From Pseudomonadota bacterium (GTDB lineage Bacteria > Pseudomonadota > Gammaproteobacteria > Xanthomonadales > Rhodanobacteraceae), in NCBI GenBank assembly GCA_029779475.1, contig JAKPAN010000118.1:26136-90135 (forward strand): 64,000 bases of DNA. Reading direction: 5' to 3'. Positions 56,693 through 64,000 of the stretch are shown one piece after another. Below the pieces are notes generated by a model. It did not search any database and was not told the origin of the DNA. It worked only from the letters and a program-made list of their open reading frames with translations. Both the position numbers and the translations under genes were made by a program. Positions within the stretch are counted from its first letter, which is position 1. Every line of letters begins with the position of its first letter.

Positions 56693-59600
56693 TCAGTGCC
56701 GCGCCGGATCGAGCGGCAACTGCGCCGACACCCCGCGGCCTTCGAGCAGGATCACGCGATCGGCCGCGCCGAGGGCGAGCGGCGCGTTGCCGTCCGCGCG
56801 CTGCCACGCGCTCGCGTGCTCGCGACCGGCGTCGATCCAATGCAGGCGCAGCCACGGCGCGTTCGTCACGTTGAGGCGCTGCACGCGCACGATGCCGCGC
56901 GACGACGGCAACGTGAGCAACGGGTCGATCAGGCGCGACGATGCAGGCGCCGGCATGAATGTCGCCGTCTCGCCGCCCGCGACGATCGCGTCGGCGCGCG
57001 CCGGCGAGAGCGCTTCGTTCGCGACTGCGGCAGCGTCGAAACCGTCGCGGAAAATCACCAGCGTGTCGCTGTCCGACCACGGTGCGGCGTAGGTCGCCGT
57101 TACAGCAACGTCGGCCGCGCCTTGCGTCGTCGCCGGATCGATCCTCGCATGCAGCGCCCACATTGCGGTCGCACCGCCCGGCAAGCTCGCGGTGCCGGCG
57201 AGCGCCGCACCGCTGCCGCTCGACGCGCAGGTCGAGCCATCGCCGCTGCTCAGGCATTGCCAAGTCGTCGCGCTCGGATCGAACGTGGGCGACAACGTCA
57301 CCGCGACCTGCACGCCGCTCGCCGCGACCGTCGTCGGGTTGTGCACGCCGACGACATAGTCGAGCGATTCGCCGTAGGTCGCGTAGTCGGTATCGTCGTT
57401 GACGCCGAGCGCGAGCTGGGTCGCGCAATTCACGGCGACATCGCCGACGTTGCCGGTGCCGACCGTGCCGGCGCCGTTGGTCACGTCGCAGAACTGCGGC
57501 GGCGTGGCCGACACGTTCTGCAAGCTGACCGCATAGGCGCTGCCGCTGTCGGCGGGCGTCGGGAACGCGAACGGGCCGTTGGCGTTGACGGTTTTCGTGT
57601 CCGCGCCGTTGGCGAGCGTGAGGCTCGCGCCGGCGCCGAGTCCGCTCACCGTACCGCCGATCGTGGAGCGGATCTGGACCGTCGTTTGCGCGCCCGACTG
57701 TTGGCAGCCGTTCGCGTCCGTGGCCATGACTTTGAACGTGAACGGGCCCGACACGGTCGGCGTGCCCGACAACGTGCCGTCGGACGCCAGCGTCAAACCA
57801 TTCGGCAGCGCGCCGCCGCCGACGGTCGAAATGGCGAAGCTCAACGGCGGCGTGCCGCCGGTCGCCGTGAACGTCGTCTGTGCGTAGGCGACGCCGTTGA
57901 CGCCATCCGGCGGCGTCACGGAACCGAGCACGATCGCGGACGGATCGGCCAGCGTCGCGTTTGCCGTCGTCTGGTTGTTGCGGGCGTCCTTCACCGTCAC
58001 CGTGTAGTTGCCGGCAGCGAGTCCGTTTGCGTTTGCGCCGCTGCCGCCGCTCGGCGACCACGCATACGTGTACGGCGAAAAGCCGCCGCTCGGCGTAGCG
58101 GTCAGCGAGCCATTGCTGCCGCCGTTGCAGCTTGGCGGGTTGGTCTGCGTGATGGCCGCGGAGAGCGTTGGCACGAAGCTCGCCGATACCGTGCAATCGG
58201 CCGTGACCGGGCCGGCGGTGAAGGGCGAGGTCTGGCTGTCGGCGCCGCCGCAGCCGGAAATCTTGTCGAGCAGATAGCCCGGCTGCGGCGTCGCCGTGCA
58301 GGTGGTCGTCGATCCGGACGCGACCTGCGTACTCGTGCACGAGAGCGTGCCGGTATTGCTCGACGGCAAGACGGTCGTGCTGACGGTGTAAAGACGTTTG
58401 CAATCGACGGCCACCGTCGTCACGTTGCCGCTGCTGATGATTCCGTCCCCGCTGGTGACCGTGCATTGCTGGAGTGGTGAGGACGGCTGCGCGGCAACGG
58501 TCACATGGTAGAACGCGCTCAGCGCCTGCGGCGTCGGGAATGCGAACGCGCCGTTGGCCGATACTGTCGCCGTGTCCGCGCCATTCGCGAGCAGGAGGAA
58601 CGAGCCGGCGGCGAGGCCCGTGACCGTGCCGCCGACGGTGGCGCGCACCTGCATCGTGTAGTTCTTCGTGTTGGTGCAGCTGTTGGCGTCCTGCACCGTC
58701 ACGCCGATGGTGTACGAACCGGTCGCGGTCGGTGCGCCGCTCAGGTTCGCGCCGGAGAAGGACAGGCCCGGAACGGCGCCCGAAGCGTAAGAGTAGCTAT
58801 ACCCGGGCGTGCCGCCGCTGGCGGCGAATGCCTGCGAATACGACGCGCCGACGACGCCGTCGGCGATGCTCGCCGTGCCAAGCGCCAGCACGGCCGCCGG
58901 CTGGGTGATGGTCGCCTGGCGCTGCACCGAGATCGAGCGCGCGTCGGTCACCGTCACGGTGTAGGTGTTGGCCGCAAGCCCGCTTATGGTCGCGCTCGTG
59001 CCGCCGGACGGCGACCAGGAATAGGCATACGGGGATATGCCCGTTCCGGCCACGACGCTGACGCCGGCCACGCCATTGGAACCGCCGCGGCACGATACGT
59101 TCGAGGTGAGGCTGATGTTGGCGTCGAGCTTGGGCACGAAGGCCGCCGTCACCGTGCAGGCCGCATTGACTGTGCCCGTCGTGAACGACGAGCTCGTGCT
59201 GGTGGTGCCGCCGCAACCGGAGATCGTGTTCAGTTCGTAGTTCGCGCCCGGCGTCCCCGTGCAGGTGGCCGTGCCACCCGGACTGACCGGATTGGGCGTG
59301 CAGGTGAGCGAGCCCGCACCGGCCGGGCTGACGTTGGTGGTGATCGTGAGACCCGCGGCCTTGGTCCAGGTCAGCGCATCGAGGGCCACGTATTCGAAGT
59401 TGCCGGCGGTGACGATCTGCAGCTCGTCGATCGTCTTGTTGGCATTGCTGCCCCACGCGGCGGTGGCGAGGTCGATCTTCGAGAAACCGTTCGTGGTCGC
59501 GATGCTCGTGGTGAAGCCGCTGCTGACGGTAGGTATCGTGAATACCGTCGTGCCGCCGAGCTTGCCGGTCACGGTCACGCTGCCGCCACTGCCCAAGTTG

Positions 59601-59959
59601 CCGTAATTCGCGAACTGGCTGAGGAAAAGCCAGAAGCTGCCGACCTGGAAATTCGGATCGCTTGCGCTGTGCTTCTTCAGGCTGAAATTCGGCAGCACGC
59701 CGGTGTACGCGGCCGCCGTGTTGTCGATGAACGTCGAATCCTTGGCGCTGCCGTTCCAGCCGTACAGGTTCGATCCGCTGTAGTAGATGTCGAAGACGGG
59801 CGTGGCGTTCGAAATGATGTCGAACGTGACGCCACCGGATACGAATTGCGTGGCGCCTGCCGAAAACGTCTCGAAGGTTTCCGTCGTCGTCTGCGCGCTC
59901 GCGACGCCCGCGCAGGCGAGCGCCAGCATCGCGACGAGATGCACGATGATCCTGTTCAT
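56693..59959 (-). CDS. Large secreted adhesin-like protein (SprB-like, putative-Ig, B-repeat-like and DUF11-like modules)
   Basis: Signal peptide ending ASA-Q; two SCxGGSNG...PYxYxWSPSGG...GLAA..YTVTV.DA units; two putative Ig units; DUF11-like domain; IFRDGFD motif. Confidence 0.85.
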   Translation of the reverse strand: MNRIIVHLVAMLALACAGVASAQTTTETFETFSAGATQFVSGGVTFDIISNATPVFDIYYSGSNLYGWNGSAKDSTFIDNTAAAYTGVLPNFSLKKHSASDPNFQVGSFWLFLSQFANYGNLGSGGSVTVTGKLGGTTVFTIPTVSSGFTTSIATTNGFSKIDLATAAWGSNANKTIDELQIVTAGNFEYVALDALTWTKAAGLTITTNVSPAGAGSLTCTPNPVSPGGTATCTGTPGANYELNTISGCGGTTSTSSSFTTGTVNAACTVTAAFVPKLDANISLTSNVSCRGGSNGVAGVSVVAGTGISPYAYSWSPSGGTSATISGLAANTYTVTVTDARSISVQRQATITQPAAVLALGTASIADGVVGASYSQAFAASGGTPGYSYSYASGAVPGLSFSGANLSGAPTATGSYTIGVTVQDANSCTNTKNYTMQVRATVGGTVTGLAAGSFLLLANGADTATVSANGAFAFPTPQALSAFYHVTVAAQPSSPLQQCTVTSGDGIISSGNVTTVAVDCKRLYTVSTTVLPSSNTGTLSCTSTQVASGSTTTCTATPQPGYLLDKISGCGGADSQTSPFTAGPVTADCTVSASFVPTLSAAITQTNPPSCNGGSNGSLTATPSGGFSPYTYAWSPSGGSGANANGLAAGNYTVTVKDARNNQTTANATLADPSAIVLGSVTPPDGVNGVAYAQTTFTATGGTPPLSFAISTVGGGALPNGLTLASDGTLSGTPTVSGPFTFKVMATDANGCQQSGAQTTVQIRSTIGGTVSGLGAGASLTLANGADTKTVNANGPFAFPTPADSGSAYAVSLQNVSATPPQFCDVTNGAGTVGTGNVGDVAVNCATQLALGVNDDTDYATYGESLDYVVGVHNPTTVAASGVQVAVTLSPTFDPSATTWQCLSSGDGSTCASSGSGAALAGTASLPGGATAMWALHARIDPATTQGAADVAVTATYAAPWSDSDTLVIFRDGFDAAAVANEALSPARADAIVAGGETATFMPAPASSRLIDPLLTLPSSRGIVRVQRLNVTNAPWLRLHWIDAGREHASAWQRADGNAPLALGAADRVILLEGRGVSAQLPLDPARH

Positions 59960-60102
59960 GGCTTTCCCCCTGTCCGGCGAAGCCGGATCGCGACAGCCGC
60001 GACCGCGCCCTGCCCGCGCGGATTCTACTGCGCGCGCCCGGCGGCCACAGTCCGTATCGCGCCTTGTCAGCCTTCCGACAGATTGGCCGCGCGACGCCGT
60101 CG

Positions 60103-60735
60103 CTACGCCTTCGTGCCGAAGTACCGATCGCCCGCGTCGCCCAGACCCGGCACGATGTAGCCGCGCTCGTTGAGGCGCTCGTCGATCGCGGCGGTGAAGA
60201 TCGGCACGTCGGGATGGTGTTCACGCAGATTGGCGAGCCCTTCCGGGCAACTGACGAGGCAGACGAAGCGCAGCGAACGCGGTTTCGCGGCCTTGACGCG
60301 ATCGAGCGCGGCGATCGCCGAGTTGCCCGTCGCGAGCATCGGATCGACGACGATCGCATCGCGGTCGCGCATGTCGCGCGGCAGGCGCAGGTAGTACTCG
60401 ACGGGTTTGAGCGTTTCCTCGTCGCGATACAGGCCGACGTGGCCGACGCGCGCGCTCGGCACCACGCCGAGCATGCCGTCGAGCAGGCCGATGCCCGCAC
60501 GCAACACGGCGATGAAGGCGACCTTCTTGCCGTCGATGAGCTGCCCGAATGCCGGCCCGACCGGCGTCTCGATCGCGACCTCGCGCAGCGGCAGATCGCG
60601 CGTGACCTCGTAGGCCATCAGCGCCGACAGCTCGCCGAGCAGGCGACGGAAATCCGCGGTGCCGGTGGTCTTTTTCCGCAGCAGCGTGAGTTTGTGCTGG
60701 ACGAGCGGATGCGCGACGACGTGGACTTCGGCCAT
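60103..60735 (-). CDS. upp: Uracil phosphoribosyltransferase
   Basis: [28 protein letters not shown] and [12 protein letters not shown]. Confidence 0.97.
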   Translation of the reverse strand: MAEVHVVAHPLVQHKLTLLRKKTTGTADFRRLLGELSALMAYEVTRDLPLREVAIETPVGPAFGQLIDGKKVAFIAVLRAGIGLLDGMLGVVPSARVGHVGLYRDEETLKPVEYYLRLPRDMRDRDAIVVDPMLATGNSAIAALDRVKAAKPRSLRFVCLVSCPEGLANLREHHPDVPIFTAAIDERLNERGYIVPGLGDAGDRYFGTKA

Positions 60736-60865
60736 GGTTTTCCCCTGCGGTGAGTTTCGACAAGTATCGCCTTGTTCGGCCGCTTCGGCCCGCGCGCGGC
60801 AAACCGCTAGAATGCGCGATTCCTCTCCACACGAGATGGGCCGCCACGCGGCCCGCGGCCAGCGC

Positions 60866-63694
60866 ATGGACAAGAGTTTCGAACCCCGCCAGATCGAATC
60901 GAAGTGGTACGGCCAATGGGAAGCTGCCGGCGATTTCCAGCCGCGCGGCAACGGCGAGCCGTACTGCATCCTGCTTCCGCCGCCGAACGTCACGGGCACG
61001 TTGCACATGGGCCACGCGTTCCAGCAGACGGTCATGGACGCGCTGACGCGCTACCACCGCATGCGCGGCTTCCGCACCTTGTGGCAAGGCGGCACCGATC
61101 ACGCCGGCATCGCGACGCAGAAGATCGTCGAGAACCAGCTTGCGGTGAACAACCAATCACGCCACGACCTCGGCCGCGAAAAATTCGTCGAGCGCGTGTG
61201 GGAATGGAAACAGCAATCGGGTTCGACGATCACCCATCAGATGCGCCGCCTCGGCGCCTCGGTCGACTGGTCGCGCGAACGCTTCACGATGGATGAAGGA
61301 CTTTCCGCGGCGGTCAAGCGCGTGTTCGTGCAGTGGTATCGCGACGGCCTGCTCTATCGCGGCCGCCGCCTCGTGAACTGGGACCCGGTGCTGATGACAG
61401 CCGTGTCCGATCTCGAAGTCGACAACCAGGAAAAGGACGGCTCGCTGTGGTCGATCCGCTACCCCACCGCCGACGGCAGCGACAGCCTCGTCGTCGCGAC
61501 GACGCGTCCGGAGACGATGCTCGGCGACGTCGCCGTGGCCGTGCATCCGGAAGACGAACGCTACGCGCACCTGATCGGCAAGATGCTGAAATTGCCGCTG
61601 ACCGACCGCGAGATTCCGGTTATCGCCGACGACTACGTCGAACGCGAGTTCGGTACCGGTGCGGTCAAGATCACGCCGGCGCATGACTTCAACGACTGGC
61701 AGATCGGCGCGCGCCACAAGCTCGCGCCGATCACGATCCTCACGCTCGACGCGAAGATCAACGACAACGCGCCGGAAAAGTATCGCGGCATGGATCGCTT
61801 CGCGGCGCGCAAAGCCGTGCTTGCCGATCTCGAAGACGCCGGCCTGCTCGTCGAGACGAAGAAGCACAAGCTGCAGGTGCCGGTCAGCCAGCGCACCGAC
61901 GCGATCATCGAGCCGATGCTCACCGACCAATGGTTCCTCGACCTGACCAGCGACACGCGCGTCGACGGCAAGCCTGGCCCCGGCGGGCGCAAGGCGATCA
62001 CCGAACCCGCGCTCGCGGCCGTGCGCGACGGCGACATCAAGTTCGTGCCCGAGAACTGGGCGACGACGTACAACCAGTGGCTCGAAAACATCCAGGACTG
62101 GTGCGTGAGTCGCCAGCTCTGGTGGGGCCATCAGATTCCGGCGTGGTACGACGAGGCCGGCAACATCTTCGTCGGCGAGGACGAGGCCGACGCACTCGCG
62201 CACGCGAGCACGAAGCCGGTCGGTGCGCTCAAGCAGGACGAGGACGTGCTCGATACGTGGTTCTCGTCCGCACTGTGGCCGTTCTCGACACTCGGCTGGC
62301 CAAACGCGGGCGACACGCGCGAAGACGGCCATGTCGTCGCGAACTGGACGCAAGACCAGCAATTCCTGCCGAGCGCGGTGCTCGTCACCGGCTTCGACAT
62401 CATCTTCTTCTGGGTCGCGCGCATGGTCATGGCGACGCAGTACTTCACCGGCAAGGTGCCGTTCCGCGAGGTCTACATCAACGCCATCGTGCGCGACGCC
62501 GAAGGCCAGAAGATGTCGAAGTCGAAGGGCAACACGATCGACCCGCTCGACCTCATCGACGGCATCGACCTCGAAGCGCTGGTGAAGAAATCGACCGCGT
62601 CCCTGCTGATCCCGCAGGTGCGCGAGAAAGTCGAGAAGCGCATCCGCAAGGATTATCCGCAAGGCATCACCGCGGTCGGCACCGACGCGCTGCGCTTCAC
62701 CTTCGCCGCGCTCGCGACCTACGGCCGCACGATCAACTTCGACCTCAAACGCGCGGAAGGCTACAAGGCGTTCTGCAACAAGCTGTGGAACGCGGCGCGT
62801 TTCGTGCTGATGAACATCGAATCGGCGCCGAAAGCGGCTGCGCAGCCGGTCACCGCGGCCGAGCGCTGGATCGTCGCGCGCCTGCGAGCCACGCTCGCGG
62901 AAGTCGAGGCGCAGATGAAGCTGTACCGCTTCGATCTCGTCGCGCAAGCACTCTACGAATTCGTCTGGAACGAGTACTGCGACTGGTTCGTCGAACTCGC
63001 CAAGCCCGCGTTGAGCGGCGACGACAAAGCTGCGGCGGAGTCGACGCGTCACACGCTGCTTGCCGTGCTCGAAGCCGCGCTGCGCGCTCTGCATCCGATC
63101 ACGCCGTTCATCACGGAAGAAATCTTCCAGAACGTGGCGCCGCTGCTCGGCCTGAAGGAAGCCAGCATCACGCAACGCGCCTATCCGCGCGCGGACGATT
63201 TCGCAGCCGACGACGCCGCTGCAAGCGCCGACATCGAATGGCTGCGCACGGTCCTGACGCAGGTGCGCCGCATCCGCAGCGAAATGAACATCGCTCCGGG
63301 CAAGACGATTCCGCTGCTGTACGCGAACGGCAACGCGGACGATCGCGCACGCTCGGAGACATTCGCCGCGCAGATCGCGTTCCTGGCCAAGGCCGAATCG
63401 CAGCACTGGCTCGCCGCCGGCGAAGCCGAGCCGCCCGCGGCCGCAGGCATCGTCGGCGAAATGAAAATCCTCATTCCGCTCGCCGGCCTTATCGACCTCG
63501 ACGCAGAGCGGCAACGCCTCGGCCGCGAGATCGCGCGCATCGAAGGCGAGTTGGCGAAGTCGAACGCAAAGCTCGCGAACTTCGGCCCGAACACGCCGGC
63601 CGCCGTCGTAGACAAGGAAAACCAGCGTGTCGCCGATTTCATGACGACGCTGAACGCGCTGCGCGAGCAGCTGGCACGGCTCTCGAGTATCTAG
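60866..63694 (+). CDS. valS: Valine--tRNA ligase
   Basis: [31 protein letters not shown] and C-terminal coiled coil. Confidence 0.98.
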   Translation: MDKSFEPRQIESKWYGQWEAAGDFQPRGNGEPYCILLPPPNVTGTLHMGHAFQQTVMDALTRYHRMRGFRTLWQGGTDHAGIATQKIVENQLAVNNQSRHDLGREKFVERVWEWKQQSGSTITHQMRRLGASVDWSRERFTMDEGLSAAVKRVFVQWYRDGLLYRGRRLVNWDPVLMTAVSDLEVDNQEKDGSLWSIRYPTADGSDSLVVATTRPETMLGDVAVAVHPEDERYAHLIGKMLKLPLTDREIPVIADDYVEREFGTGAVKITPAHDFNDWQIGARHKLAPITILTLDAKINDNAPEKYRGMDRFAARKAVLADLEDAGLLVETKKHKLQVPVSQRTDAIIEPMLTDQWFLDLTSDTRVDGKPGPGGRKAITEPALAAVRDGDIKFVPENWATTYNQWLENIQDWCVSRQLWWGHQIPAWYDEAGNIFVGEDEADALAHASTKPVGALKQDEDVLDTWFSSALWPFSTLGWPNAGDTREDGHVVANWTQDQQFLPSAVLVTGFDIIFFWVARMVMATQYFTGKVPFREVYINAIVRDAEGQKMSKSKGNTIDPLDLIDGIDLEALVKKSTASLLIPQVREKVEKRIRKDYPQGITAVGTDALRFTFAALATYGRTINFDLKRAEGYKAFCNKLWNAARFVLMNIESAPKAAAQPVTAAERWIVARLRATLAEVEAQMKLYRFDLVAQALYEFVWNEYCDWFVELAKPALSGDDKAAAESTRHTLLAVLEAALRALHPITPFITEEIFQNVAPLLGLKEASITQRAYPRADDFAADDAAASADIEWLRTVLTQVRRIRSEMNIAPGKTIPLLYANGNADDRARSETFAAQIAFLAKAESQHWLAAGEAEPPAAAGIVGEMKILIPLAGLIDLDAERQRLGREIARIEGELAKSNAKLANFGPNTPAAVVDKENQRVADFMTTLNALREQLARLSSI

Positions 63695-63768
63695 GCCGGC
63701 GTCGCGCCGAAACCTCTCGATTCGCTCAGGAGCCCACGATGCCGGCCTACGACTGCAAAGGAAACGCC

Positions 63769-64000
63769 ATGCGCCTGCCTGTCGCTTTTGTCTCGACCGT
63801 TGTTTTGGGCATCTCGCTCTGCGCTTGCGCGAGCCAAGCGCCGCGCACCGAGCAACCGATCGCTCCGACGCACACCGCAAAGCATCTCTCCGATGGCTCG
63901 ATCGAATTGTTCGTTTCGCAGACTTCGCCGGATCTGAGGCAGGCTTCGCAATTCTCGATGCCGTTCGACGACGCGCTGGCCGCAGCGGCGAGCGAGGAAT
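63769..64000 (+). CDS. Putative lipoprotein, truncated by right window edge
   Basis: Open frame MRLPVAFVSTVVLGISLCACASQAP... with lipobox LCAC; alternative in-frame ATG at 63739 with AGGAG RBS. Confidence 0.6.
   Translation, partial: MRLPVAFVSTVVLGISLCACASQAPRTEQPIAPTHTAKHLSDGSIELFVSQTSPDLRQASQFSMPFDDALAAAASEE

Overview
High-GC chromosomal window from a Xanthomonadales gammaproteobacterium, most likely Rhodanobacteraceae-like (inferred from Xps-type T2SS, Pil-Chp and housekeeping gene sequences and order). No rRNA, tRNA, CRISPR array or transposase was seen. The left part is one co-oriented minus-strand run: xerD, two dsbC, purL, an exosortase-H-associated-like membrane protein, xpsE-F-G-H-I-J-K-L-M-N-D, a small lipoprotein, a probable S-layer/major surface protein with its own sigma70-like promoter and terminator, a Thr/Ser-rich Ig-repeat protein, a parvulin PPIase, wzm, wzt, a methyltransferase, an unusual GT-A protein with a PqqD/RRE-like N-terminus, and a GT2. 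I interpret 1-22722 as a candidate T2SS-secreted, glycan-associated S-layer system. Its core (about 3.5-11.4 kb) has visibly lower GC, with one edge inside the secretin gene. The middle holds a Pil-Chp chemosensory cluster lacking pilH/pilK, gshB-tonB-yqgE-ruvX-pyrB, and pilU without pilT; this block lies between RDD and lptG. The right part is lptGF-pepA-holC-valS, interrupted by upp and a 1088-aa chimeric adhesin with SprB-like repeats and an internal IFRDGFD motif. Starts were chosen by eye; family assignments rest on motif recognition and recollection, not database searches.
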